A stretch of DNA of 64,000 nucleotides from NCBI GenBank assembly GCA_951406725.2, contig OX597822.1, positions 49,476,001 to 49,540,000 on the forward strand. Reading direction: 5' to 3'. Shown piece after piece: positions 13,207 to 26,184 of this stretch (position 1 is the stretch's first letter; each line of letters starts with the position of its first letter). The stretch comes from Octopus vulgaris. Taxonomy: Eukaryota. Position numbers and translations under genes: made by a program. The notes under the pieces are model-generated. The model made no database searches. It was not told the origin of the DNA and was given only the letters and a program-made list of their open reading frames with translations.

Positions 13207-13210
<4 letters not shown>
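12845..13210 (+). mobile_element. PLE linker and start of GIY-YIG region, opposite orientation to the adjacent RT piece
   Basis: KIFNNKHIRFGFSVSTNPFRIIFSFNNKK and CRDPNACKLERNCKKKVVVYQATI match the PLE KIFN..SYS..HNKK and Cys-rich pre-GIY-YIG motifs. Confidence 0.7.
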
Positions 13211-13303
<93 letters not shown>

Positions 13304-13983
13304 GGTTGCACTCAAAACTTGGTTAAATAGCGAATTTTGAACGACGAATCCACCTTTAGGGACCATAGAAAAGAGAACAGTGCCGGATTATCAAAAAAAA
13401 AAAAAAAAAAGAATTGCCCTTCAAAAGAAACAATATTAGTTTCTGAATTTCCTGAAAATTCCATCTAATGCCTTTCTTCTTACAGAAATAAAAATAAAAT
13501 TTGCAGATAATAACTAGAAGAAAGCTATAATTTATTGAGAATGAACGGAAACCTAGTTACTACGAGGGATTGAAGTTTCTCGTGTAAACACATGACCAAA
13601 TTCCTATTCATTAATCTATAATAACTATTTACTACCTTATTTCATAGTTTGATATTTTTTTTAAAAATCACATTATATTCTCCCATATCATTCAATATAG
13701 AACCTTATCCTATCCCCATTGTATTACTATAATATAAATTCCCTTTATATACTTTATTTTAATATTTCCCTTATGATAACTGAAGGACCTTATATATATC
13801 GGGCCATTAAGTAAATTATGTCTCTCTATACTTTTTAATTCATACGCCTGGATATATGAACTTTTATAACTGTCTATTTTCTTATTTACTCCTGTGTTTG
13901 CACATATGCGTATCCGTGTATCTGTGCTGTCTATGTGCTTACATATGTTTGTGTGTCTGTACATGCACGTAGGCTCACCCAGC

Positions 13984-14020
<37 letters not shown>

Positions 14021-14739
14021 GGTGTGTATTGGTATTGTATGCACATTCATATGGATATATGTAAGATATACCAACTTCTGCATGTAAATTGTTTGTATAT
14101 CTATGTATTTGTGTTTGAGTATAGATATATATTTTACTTATATGCATACCCTTACGTACCTATGTATATGTACTCCAATTTTTTCTCTCACCATATCTAC
14201 ATCACAAAATACTTGCATATGTTATTAGTTATTCCATTTACAGTAAAGTATATTTTTAATACTGTTATATATATACACTTGTACGTTACATTGCGGTTGT
14301 GCGTGTTTGCAACTATATCTGCATATCTATGTATACATCTAAGTGTATCTATTTTTGTATATATGTGTTTTTATGTCTATACGTATGTATGTATATATAT
14401 GTGTATGTGTATATATATATATATATATGTGTGTGTGTATATATATATTGTGCATGTATGTACGTATATAAGCATGTGTATGTATCTGTATATATGTATA
14501 TGTATGTATCTGTATATATGTGTACGTGTTTATTTACATAAAGTTTGTGTATAATTGTACATGTATATACACGTGTATCTAGTTGTGTATATGCATATAT
14601 TTCTGTATATATATGTATGTATGCCCCTTTCTCTCTATATATGCGATTGCATATACATACATTCTACTCCATGTATGATAAACATTTATCCTATAATCTG
14701 GTAACTTTATATGAACCCCTACATGTATCTATCTACTCG

Positions 14740-15900
14740 TAGATCCTAAGAACATATTTTTTATTATATTTACATGCATTGAACCTACATAACGTGTATT
14801 TGTATTCATTACGATCCTATATAGCCATACACTTTCCTTCTCATATAATACTCAGCAAGATTATTACTTTTGACATAACATTTTATATCTATACAAAATA
14901 TTTCTTTTGTATAACTTTATACTACGCATTCAATACCTTTATCATTAATCTCTCTTTCATTTTTAACATGCATTTCTCTCATTATATCCCTTACTTTATC
15001 ATTATTATTGTTTTCCTTCTCATTTCTATCCCCTTCACTAATATAATTTCTTTTCCTTTTCAACCTCTCTAATTCATTATTTTATCGCTTCTATAACTCT
15101 CTTCTTACTATATCTCCCCAAATGTTCTTTCCTCTCTTCTTAACAACAGACTTCGTAAGTATAATACAAACTTAATCGTCATATATCCATTGAATTATCA
15201 CTTATCCTCCTGTAGTGTACTTCCATGTTACCTTAATACGGATCTTGAGTAAAGAAGAGCCCTTAATCCACTTCCATCTCATTCTTTGTAATTCCCCTTC
15301 CTCCACCTATATTTTCATCAATGACTACATTAACTTTCTAGTATATGCTTTACAAAGATTGTTTACGCTAAACTTTCTTCATCAGATTATATTTTATAAA
15401 AATATACCAGGTATTGCTTATAATAGTTAGATTTAATTTACATTGGGTAACGTTTTCTCAGTGGACATTTCTCTAACTCGCGCTATCCTGCATATATGGA
15501 GATTTCATTAGCAAATCTATACTAATCTATAGAGAGTGATATCGATATCCCCATATTTATATAATCCCCTAAAAGTTCATTCGTTAGTTGAGGTTTAATA
15601 ATTGACATGATTCCCATCACTATTACACAGAGATAAAAATAGATAAACATGAAACTCATAGATCCAACTTCTCTGATGAGTACTATGATAATTTCCAAAT
15701 TCAAAAATGAATTTATATCTATGTACGAAACAATTGTATGCATGAATAAACTTCTTACACATTTTTAATATCTTATCTCCTCCATTTTTGACAAATATAA
15801 TTGGATTTGTAGACCTTCGTTCCATAAATTAATCATACGCTTAATATTCTAATACTACTTTTTATATCTTCACCAGTTTACGCTAGTAAACTCCCAGCAA
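14740..15900 (-). mobile_element. Possible highly decayed PLE endonuclease region
   Basis: Weak minus-strand motifs KCPLRKR, ELQRMRWKWIK and IKVTWKY occur in the order expected for a PLE GIY-YIG domain. Confidence 0.3.
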
Positions 15901-16009
15901 AGTATGAAGAATCAACAATCGGAATCTTTTTGGAAAACACCTAAACTAAAGAACAAATCTACATCCAACCTTTTACACACGTTTCTGTGTGCTGTGTATG
16001 TATACGTAC

Positions 16010-16042
<33 letters not shown>

Positions 16043-16129
16043 TGTATGTATGTATGTATGTATGTATGTATGTATGTATGTATGTATATATATATATATA
16101 TATGTATGTATGCATCCATATTTGTATGA

Positions 16130-16178
<49 letters not shown>

Positions 16179-16208
16179 TGTTATATATAAATATTGAATG
16201 TATGTGCG

Positions 16209-16245
<37 letters not shown>

Positions 16246-16304
16246 ATGTACGTATAAATACGTGCATCTGAATGTTTTTGTTTATATTCGTTTATTATTT
16301 TATT

Positions 16305-16510
16305 ATTTTACTTGCTTCAGTCATTTGACTGCCACCATGCTGGAGCTTTGCCTGTAGTCGAACAAATTGACTCCATGACTTATTCTTTGTTAGCCTAGTA
16401 TTTATTCAATCGGTCTCTTAGGCAGAACCGCTAAGCTACGGAGACGTAAACACACCAACATCTATTGTCAAGCGATAGTGGCGGGGGGCAAACACAGACA
16501 CACAAATACA
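16305..16510 (-). mobile_element. CORE-type SINE family B, 3' half
   Basis: Matches the 3' half of the copies at 22319 and 50085. Confidence 0.85.
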
Positions 16511-16517
16511 TACATAT

Positions 16518-16568
<51 letters not shown>

Positions 16569-16569
16569 C

Positions 16570-16786
16570 ATGAATAAATGAAAGAGTGGAGTCGAACGAA
16601 GATGTTAACAAAATTCCTTTACTCTCGACATATGTTTCGAAGACAGCATATTTTCATTCTAAAGGAATAAAGGGTGCAGCACCCTTTATTCCTTTAGAAT
16701 GAAAATATGCTGTCTTCAAAACATGTGTCGAGAGTAAAGGAATTTTGTTAACATCTTCGTTCGACTCCACTCTTTCATTTATTCAT
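16570..16786. repeat. Fold-back palindrome of a PLE pLTR-type end; 108-bp arms, 1-nt spacer
   Basis: Centre is gggtgc-a-gcaccc at 16678; the arms carry (C)GAAACATATGTC. Confidence 0.95.
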
Positions 16787-17009
16787 ATACAACACGCACA
16801 TTTCTGCACATGAACCCGGAGTTTCTACCCTTGACAGGTCGCTTCAACCGTGTTTCTGACGTGAATTTGCTACAAATGTTTCGGTTAAACGAATTTTCCA
16901 CTCTGATGATAAACATAGGATAATTCATTCACCTACTTAAATATATATATATATATATATGTATGTATATGTTTATGTATGTATTTGTGTGTCTGTGTTT
17001 GCCCCCCGC

Positions 17010-17044
<35 letters not shown>

Positions 17045-17063
17045 CAAATTCACTCTTATATTA

Positions 17064-17107
<44 letters not shown>

Positions 17108-17109
<2 letters not shown>

Positions 17110-18000
17110 CAAATAAGAAAATGGAGAAACAAATTTAGTTTGTTCATCAACTTTCGGATATTATAATGTTGGATTATTTATTCATTTAACAAAATGAGAA
17201 CATCAAAAGCATACAAATATATCCATGTATGCCTGGATGTGTGTATGTATCTATGTATGTTTGTTATGTTTGTGCATGTATAAAGATATATGTATTTGCT
17301 TGCATAAGTTTATATAAATTCATATGTCCGTGTGGCTATTTATATGCTGTCACTATTCGACCTTCTGAAAGTTCAAAATTGATTCCAAAACTCAACGCTA
17401 GATTTTGGAAAATAGACGTGTATTTTATACCGGACTTGAAGCCATAGCTTTTGTGAACAGTAACAGAAATGCAAGAAGTAATTAAACTGACCTGCGATCC
17501 TTCCCAGATATAAATTAAAGATGTCATCCATGAACCGTAAGCAGAGTATTGGCTCTTGATCATGCAAGTATTTGAATGTCTCCATTAACTGTGTCTCAAA
17601 TTTTGTCATGTAGACGTTAGCGAAATAATTGCCAGTAGGTACTGATGGCGTAATACCCCCTCATTTGTTAGTGTATTGCCTTATTAAGAATGTTAGATAT
17701 AAATGTAACATACATAGTCTTGGAAATGTCTACGTTTATACCAGATGTACCACAAAAATCTTAAATGCAGAAATAATCAAATTTGCAACTTTTGCGATAC
17801 AAGAGAAGATTCTTTTACACGTTTAGCTAATTTTCTATGGCTGCTTGCTGATGAGGAAATTGAGTATGAAATTGCTTTCTCTGTCATTACATACTGTATA
17901 AAGTTTGTAATGATATGTGTAATTTGTATTCCTCTGAGTCTTATGTAATAATTAAGCGAAAACCAAATCTCATTAATCAATGAGATGATGTTGTAATATC
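17108..18000 (-). mobile_element. Penelope-like element RT fragment with 3' end
   Basis: GNYFANVYMTKFE and LCLRFMDDIF (RFIDD-like), plus TEKAISY; its terminus tacaaataagaaaatggagaaa resembles that at 10978. Confidence 0.75.
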
Positions 18001-18620
18001 ATGTCCACGCATGTACAGTCTGTCCTTCCTACACGGTAATAAAAATAAACGTACTAGCTTTAACCTAAATGCACTCTTGATATTATTCTTACAAGTCAAT
18101 CTCTTTAAGTCTGCTTCCTCTTATTAGTATAACATTTATTTTCTGTCTCTTTATTACTTGTTTGCTTGGTATAGCTAATTCCAGTTCAGACTAGGTTTAT
18201 TTTGATTGGTTATTCAGAATTGCCACATAGAGATGGTAATGATAACTATAATTAATGTATATCGTTAAACTATGAACTAATTAATCATAAATCTTTTCTC
18301 ATAAATTAGTTATGAAAAATACACAGAAGTTCCATTGGGTATCCCTATATTATAATAATAATTAAACTATAGTGTGAACCCTAGTGCGCAAATAAAACTT
18401 CTAGTTAGTTCTGAAATCTAGCAGCCTTTCTTTTCTTCTAAATTTATGTTTCCGTATTTTTGTTTTTGATTAAAGCTCATTCATCACATTTAGCTTGTCG
18501 TTTTCATTTACATATGTAACATTAACTATGAAGAGTATGAATCGGTGTATATGTGTTATTTACTATCTATATATGTATGCATATATATGTATGTATACAT
18601 GTATTTATTTATACAACATG

Positions 18621-18752
<132 letters not shown>

Positions 18753-18830
18753 TAGATAGATATGAATGTATGTATGTATCTATCTATATATACATACATA
18801 TACATATGTATGTGTATATATATGCGTATG

Positions 18831-18862
<32 letters not shown>

Positions 18863-19001
18863 ATTTATGTATATATATAATTCATGTCACAATACATGGA
18901 TTCAAGTAATCCGATAGTATTAAAGCTGTTTAATGTATCCTTCTACAAAACATATAGTATATTAGTACGATACAAGAGAAAACGATAAGGTGTGTATAAT
19001 G

Positions 19002-19371
19002 TCATAAATGACAGAAAAATACTTTGATGAAATTTTATTTAGCAATTTGAAAATTGAAATGTCATGACAAACTTCGTAACTTAAAAGCATGGAGATAATT
19101 TATATTATTTCTATGTTAATGCAAAATGCAAAAAAATCTTTCAACATAATGCAGATTTTAAGGTACGCCCTCAGGTGAAAGAAAGTCTTTGTTTAATATT
19201 AAATTCTCGACCTAACGTTTCAAGAAAGCAAAATCAATATTTAGAGGGTTATGGAAGTCAATAATAATAAAATTGACATAAGATAATAAGACGATTGTCA
19301 ATTTGTCGTGATATTTGAAATTTCGTATTGTTAAATAAACTTTCATCAAACTATTTCTCTGTCATTTATGA
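19002..19371. repeat. Imperfect ~70-bp inverted repeats with ~230-bp spacer (MITE-like)
   Basis: 19002-19071 tcataaatgacagaaaaatactttgatgaaa... pairs with 19302-19371 ...tttcatcaaactatttctctgtcatttatga. Confidence 0.75.
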
Positions 19372-20179
19372 TACACATTCATTTCGAATTTTAAACAAAA
19401 CGAACTTTCTACTATGAAATTACTGTTTTTATATATTGGCGTTTAGAAAGTGCGAGGTCATGTGTTTGTGAAAGAATGTGTATTAATGCGTCTTAAGAAT
19501 ATTTTTACGAGCTGTGTATGTGTGTACGTTCGTGCCCTTATCAATGGTCTTCGAATGCCATTTCAGCCCTAAATCAAACCGTGTGTGAAATTCCAAATAT
19601 TTAGATGGTTTGCTACGTACTTAAGAGTCTCTACTACACAAATGTTACGTTGTCGTTAACAAACCGTACCTACTGTCCCAATATTTAAATACCTATTTAT
19701 TTTTCTTGAATTTTCTCCATACTATACATTCAATTTTTGTTTATTTATTAATTTGTTTACATTCATATATTATATATTTTATTCATTCAAATACTACAGG
19801 ATGGTCAACAAAGTCTTTCAGAAAGCAAATAATTATCAGAGACTTAATCTTTCTCATCATTCAATTTATTCTATTGTATTTGCTTTATATCTTCGTATTA
19901 TTTTTCTGATGCTGTACATGTCTAATGTTGACACTTTATTAATGCACATCATATATGGCAATTCAGCCAAATACATTTATTGTCTGTGACGGTATAATCA
20001 AAATATTAGCTATTTAGAGTCAGATGTTTTCACCTGCCATGGAATGTTTTGATGTACAGTAGGTGAGGTAGTGGGTGATATAGTTGTTAATGTAGGAGAA
20101 CACCTATCAACTAATGGAATAAACATTCCAACACTTCATATTTCTTATTTGATCAATATATATCTTTTACATTTTTCCT

Positions 20180-20533
20180 ATTACACGTTTCAGTCATTAA
20201 ACTGCCGCCATACTGATGTACTGCCTTGCATATGTTTTCGTAATATGAATCGATCCCCGTACATATTTTTTTGAGCATGGTACTTATTCTATTGGTTTCT
20301 TTTGCCGAACCGCTAGTTTCAGAGGACGTAAATATACCACACATATACACAAAGACACATACAAACAGGCACATATATGTATATAGTTGACGAGCTTCTT
20401 TCAGTTTCCGTTTACGAAATCCACTCACATGGCTTTGGTAGTTCCGAGATGATTGTAGAAGACACAGTGGAACTGAACCCGGAGCCATGTGATTCGAACC
20501 CAAATTTATTATCGCACATCTACGCTTGCGCCT
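20180..20533 (-). mobile_element. CORE-type tRNA-derived SINE family B, diverged
   Basis: Homologous to the 22319-22695 copy. Confidence 0.85.
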
Positions 20534-20543
20534 ATATATGTAT

Positions 20544-20915
20544 AGGGACAGGTGTGGCTGTGTGGTAAGAAGCTTGCTTCCCAATCATATAGCTCTGGGT
20601 TAAGTCCCACTGCTTGGCACCTTGGTAGACGGAAATTGAAAGAATGTACGTATATGTATATATATATGTATATATATATATATATATATATACATATATA
20701 TAATTATATATATAGGTATGTATATGTGTCTGTGTTTGTCCCCTCATCACCATCCCTTAACAACCAATGTTTACGATCCCGTAACGTAGTGGCTCGGCAA
20801 AAGAAACCGATAGAATAAGTACTAGGTTTAGAAAGAATCAGCAGTGGGTTCGAATTGCTCAACTAAAGGTGGTGCTCGTGCGTCGCTGGAGTGAAGTGAT
20901 TGAAAAAGGTAAAAG
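20544..20915 (+). mobile_element. CORE-type SINE family B, internally deleted
   Basis: caggtgtggctgtgtggtaagaagcttgc head, ggcaccttgg, internal microsatellite, family tail. Confidence 0.85.
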
Positions 20916-20975
20916 GATGGAAGAATAAATACATACATATACATACATACATATACATACATATATATATATACA

Positions 20976-21007
<32 letters not shown>

Positions 21008-21049
21008 CATACATACATACACACATATACACACACATACACACACACA

Positions 21050-21083
<34 letters not shown>

Positions 21084-21104
21084 CATATATATATATAGTG
21101 ACGT

Positions 21105-21200
21105 ATATTTGCCATTTCAATATGGCTACCCCTAAGGGTGGATGCTACTGTAGTTTTTAGCCCCAGGAGGACACACTCCTCCAGCTGGCCATAGACACAC
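21105..21200 (-). repeat. Fragment of the ~350-bp structured repeat family
   Basis: Reverse complement ccagctggaggag..cctggggctaaaaactacagtagcatccacccttaggggtagcca matches 59150-59217. Confidence 0.8.
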
Positions 21201-22318
21201 TTATATATATATATGTATATGTATATGTAAATCCGCATCTAAAGGTATCATAGAACAAGACAGTAGTGTGTATATTAAAAGTCATTAAAGTATACAGTTC
21301 CTATTATTGTAAACCAATTTAAAACTATATAATGGCACTACTGGGTACTATTAGTCCACAAGCAGATTGGTACTATGAGAAAAGTTACCTTGAATCAAGC
21401 AACTTACTAAGAATGCCTAAAGGGCAGAAAACAAATGTCCTATGATAAGAGAGAAATACTAATTGAACCTAAATATAAAATTTCTAAGCAAAGGTGTATT
21501 AAATTCAGGTAGATGTAAAAAAATACTTATGGGCATAGAGTACAATAAAGTAAAAATAAAATATCCAACACATAATGAAAATAAAAATTAAATGAAAAGG
21601 ATGGAAAAATCAAACATGGGGGAAATATTGTTCACATGTATGTAGGGCTAATAATGTGGCAGAAAACCTAAAGACTTTTGTGTTCTCGGATCAGTTATGG
21701 TAGAAATAAAAGGCATAATACAAGGGGTTAGGTGATGGTAAAATGGGGGAAATGTTACTTGGTGTAAGAAATAGGTAATAGATATGGGGGGTGAGGTTAT
21801 ATTTAAAACTTAGGAGAAGGGTAAGAGGAGAGGTTGGTTATTTGTCTTTCTACAAGAGCCTCGGTTATTACTAACAAGATGGAATATAGTCCATCTGACC
21901 GGTGTTTGCCAGAGCGCTAATGAATTTATAACGTGGCGGATTTGGAATTTCTTGTCATGTAACTCATACAGAGTAAAGTGGAGGCCAACGGGCCAACACC
22001 CGAAGCTATGGTGTATGAGCATCTGAACAGCATAATCTTTATCGCTATATCTTTTTAATTCTTTATCCTTTTCCTCGCATACTGTTATTGTCTATGGTTT
22101 TGGTGCCTTACGGCGGTTGGATCGAGATCCTGTTTCTCATTTCTAAACAAGTTGATTGTCACTTCGTATTAATATTATATTTATATCTTATAGCTTATAA
22201 TACTATTATACCTGTGAACCGCTTATGTTACTGCTGTTAATATTATCAATTTAAAATATTTGCCATATATGGTATTAGCAATAGTAACATCTTATTTCAG
22301 ATGTAAACATTCGAATGC

Positions 22319-22692
22319 CATTTGACTGCGGCGATGCTGGAGCACCACCTTTAGTCGAGCAAATCGATCCCAGGACTCATTCTTAGTACTTATTCTATCT
22401 CTTTTGCCGAACCGCTAACTTACGGGGACATAAACACACCACTATCGGTTGTCTAGAGACGTTGGGAGGACAAACACAAACACACAAACATACACACACA
22501 CATACATATACATATATATATACATATATACGAAGGGCGTCTTTCAGTTTCCTTATACCAAATCCACTCACAAGGGTTTGGTCGGCCCGAGGCTATAGAA
22601 GAAGACACTTGGCTAAGTTGCCACGCAGTGGGACTGAACCTGGAACTATGTGGTTGGTAAGTAAGCTACTTTACCACACAGCCACTCCTGCG

Positions 22693-22695
<3 letters not shown>
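22319..22695 (-). mobile_element. CORE-type tRNA-derived SINE family B, near full length
   Basis: Minus strand: gcaggagtggctgtgtggtaa A-box region, ggttcagtccc B-box, CORE-like ggcaacttagccaagtgtctt, internal microsatellite. Confidence 0.9.
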
Positions 22696-22753
<58 letters not shown>

Positions 22754-22759
22754 TTATAT

Positions 22760-23590
22760 GAAAAAAGTCTAGGTAGGAAATGCTAAAGTAATTTTATAAA
22801 AGACATTTTAGTACCGGTTCCGTTCATTGAGACTTTTTCAACTGTAAGTATGGAAAACAATTAGATTTTTCCAAAATGTAAGGAAAAGTTTTTAAAAGAA
22901 TATTTGCATAGCATTCAAATACAAGGGGTATTTTCCTTGTTTCTGCCTGTCTCTGTATCTTTTGTTTTCTCTTGTGGGTTCGAGATCGTTGTGAATTCTT
23001 GTTAGAGAAGACAAAGAAGAAGAAGAAGAAGAAGAAGAAGAAGAAGAAGAAGAAGAAGAAGAAGAAGAAGAAGAAGAAGGAGGAGAAGAAGAAGAAGAAG
23101 AAGAAGAAGAAGAAGAAGAAGAAGAAGAAGAAGAAGAAGAAGAAGAAGAATGCGGAAGTGCTATGATATTAGTAGGCTGTTAAATGGTCAAGTGCCCTGA
23201 AAGTAATTTGTAGTGGATGGTAGCAGAGATTGAATTCTTGAGACATCTCTTTTGAATGTATTGTTTATATTTGCGTAGATGTTATTCTAAACAGCAGTAG
23301 CCAGAAAGTAAGGAAGGAGGTTGGGGAGAGGAAGAAGACGAAGTGGAAGAAGGAGAAAGAGAAGAAGAGAGAATGATAAGGGAATGCGAAATGGTGTGAC
23401 ACTAGTAGGATGTTAAATGGTCAAGTGAACTAAAAGTGGTGCGTTGTGGATTATGGCAGTGATTGGGACTGTTTTTTAAATGAATTCTTGGGTACCTCTT
23501 GAATGTATCATTTTTAATGTTTTCGTGTGTGTCATTCTGACGCTGTGGTGGATATGTCGTTTGTTGTAGATACGTTGAAAAGGGGTCTGT
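22760..23590 (-). mobile_element. Probable PLE 3' end with degenerate U3-A8 hammerhead and an internal diverged duplication
   Basis: Minus strand reads cag-TTGAAAA-agtc..-GGAAC-cg-GTA-cta at 22808-22846. Segment 23170-23290 is repeated at 23403-23530. (TA)n lies on both sides. Confidence 0.5.
23014..23150. repeat. (AAG)n microsatellite
   Basis: Seen directly. Confidence 0.98.
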
Positions 23591-23602
23591 ATATATATAT
23601 AT

Positions 23603-23800
23603 CAGTGGTTTTCAACCAGGGTTCCGCCAGTACAGTCCGGGAGTTCCGCAAGAAGTTACAAAACTGCTAAAATCGGCTGTAATTTTTAATTCTCTTGTGC
23701 AGATATGTGTGCATAAGACTATTAAATTATTGCACAGGGGTTCCTCGAGCCAGTGGAATGTGTCGTTGGGGTTTCGCTCCAGCAAAAATGTTGAAAAGCA

Positions 23801-23803
<3 letters not shown>
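23603..23803. mobile_element. hAT-like MITE, 201 bp, inserted in (AT)n
   Basis: TIRs cagtggttttcaac and gttgaaaagcactg; atatatat on both flanks is compatible with an 8-bp TSD. Confidence 0.85.
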
Positions 23804-23845
<42 letters not shown>

Positions 23846-24539
23846 GTTTATACATTGTATAGGTGTATATTGAGTGAATAAACGTACTGATGAAGATGTG
23901 TATGCACGTGCATACACACAGGCGCACACACACACAGGCGCGCACACACACAGAGGCGCACACACACACAGAGGCGCACACACACAGAGGCGCGCACACA
24001 CATATATATGTATGTAATATATGTACATAAATGTGAGTGTTGGTCGGTACGGGGCATGGCATTACTCCAATTTAGGCTGCTCATATAACATTAATTACTA
24101 TATATATCCTTGTAATGTGGCTACATCGATCAGCTTTGTTCTGTCTTGTTTGAAAGGTGCGTTTTAGTATAAGTAAATCATTCTCTGGGCTTTTTCAAAG
24201 AAATGGTCGAGGGCTACTTTGGTCACCGGCATTTCATTGCAATGTCTTTTCTATGCGTCTCTACCAGTCGACTGAGTTGCTAATCTTCTATTCTCCCACT
24301 CCGTATTTGCTCGAGATAACAGAAGCTACTAGAGCAGTTTCAGTGAGCTTTGATAATTATTGTAGATGGTAGCTGCCGCCAGTCCGATGGTAATAACTAC
24401 TCCGTTCTCTGATTTATCTGTACTCGTAAATATTTCTGCAACAGTTTCCTCCAAATGATTGCCTTCCTATTTTGCTTACCCTGATTGCGGAGCTATTTCT
24501 CCGCACTGGTAGAACACGGTGCCTGTAGTAATTCTAATG

Positions 24540-24790
24540 CGTTGTGATTAGAAATTTGCCAGAAAGAAGTGCAAGACAGATTCTTCAAGACAAACAAACT
24601 GAATGGAGACCAAGAGGTATACCTAGAGGTAGACGAATAATGAGATGGTTGGGTATTATCCCCAGTCTCATGTGGTCATGCGTGGGAATCCAGCCAAAAA
24701 GTGTGATAGGACATTATGGAAAAGATGCTGGAGACTGAACTACTTACGACCCTTTCAGGAATAGTGTACGAAGACTGTTAGTTGGAATAA
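24540..24790 (+). mobile_element. RTE-like LINE 3' fragment, very decayed
   Basis: RNLPERSARQIL..RPRGIPRGRRIMRW resembles the RTE ORF C-terminus. Confidence 0.45.
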
Positions 24791-25578
24791 CAGATCATGA
24801 ATCTATGCTCGAAGTAGACACGCTCTCGTTAGTCCAAGTCTAGATTTGCAATTTAAAACTCTAGAATATATCTATGCCATATTTGGAGCTGCTTTAGTAA
24901 GATTACAAAGTTTTCCACGTCTCTCGGGCAAAGCATGCATGCCACTAAGATTCAATTTATATGCTTCATTAACAAGCAAGAGTGAGATGTTAATTTAATC
25001 CCCCAGTAAGCGAGATATTAGGCAAATTATTTATATTTAACTCTACTTTAAAAATTTCTTTAAATATCTTATGCTTAAATTTGAATCATTCTTTCGAATA
25101 TTATTTACTTCAAAACCTCTTAAAATGTGTTGATCAAATCGATTCGCTCTGAAAAAAATATTTTCGGTATGTTTAATTTGCAATATAGTTTAGAAGTTTT
25201 ATCACACGTTAGTTTAATAGTTTTGGTATTACCAATTTTACATCACACCCAGTTTTAAACTTAACTTCATACGTACAATGCCTATACTACATAAAATTAC
25301 ATAAACATACATATATAATATATATATGCATACATACACACACACAAACACACACACATATATATATATATATTTTTTTTCTTTACATATATGTGTGTGT
25401 GTGTGATACATTCCGATTAAGTCAACGTTGTAATCTACAACTAAAGCTGATAGAGCATATTAAATTCATCATTGTAAGTGTATAAACTAATGAATACTTG
25501 CATACAGAACATTTGCATAGCACGCATGTATTTGTGTGTGTGGTTAGGTTACACACACACATATGTATGGATGTATTG

Positions 25579-25634
<56 letters not shown>

Positions 25635-25792
25635 ATATGTATATACGCACATACACATGCAGATAAATGCATATATGTATATGTGTGTGGTGGGGTGCGT
25701 GTGTTATAACAGCATTTTAAATTTGACGACTTACAGATATAAAGGTGAACAGTTATTACCATTATTTACTTAGTAATTCTCAAAGTTTAGTA

Positions 25793-25794
<2 letters not shown>

Positions 25795-25866
<72 letters not shown>
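25795..25866. repeat. (TTA)n microsatellite
   Basis: Seen directly. Confidence 0.97.
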
Positions 25867-25867
<1 letters not shown>

Positions 25868-26087
25868 TACGACTGTAGATTAGCATCATATGCACACATA
25901 GACACTCATAAGTATATGCACATATATGTGAACTTGTTTCAATTAAATATCACTTATTCTATTTCGTAGTTTGAGAATTATAGATAATTTCGCACATATT
26001 AGAAAGTGAAGAATGCAAAGTGGAATGAAGTGACAAAATAAAATATATGTCTCCTTCTCTCCCTTTTATTATATATATATCGATATT

Positions 26088-26125
<38 letters not shown>

Positions 26126-26153
26126 TATATATATATATAGCCATGTGTACACT

Positions 26154-26184
<31 letters not shown>

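Noticed and set aside
15672-15700. CTGATGAG motif on the plus strand
   Set aside because: No downstream stem II or GAAAC.
21230-22200. Possible decayed PLE endonuclease on the minus strand
   Set aside because: Only vague motif similarity, too weak to call.
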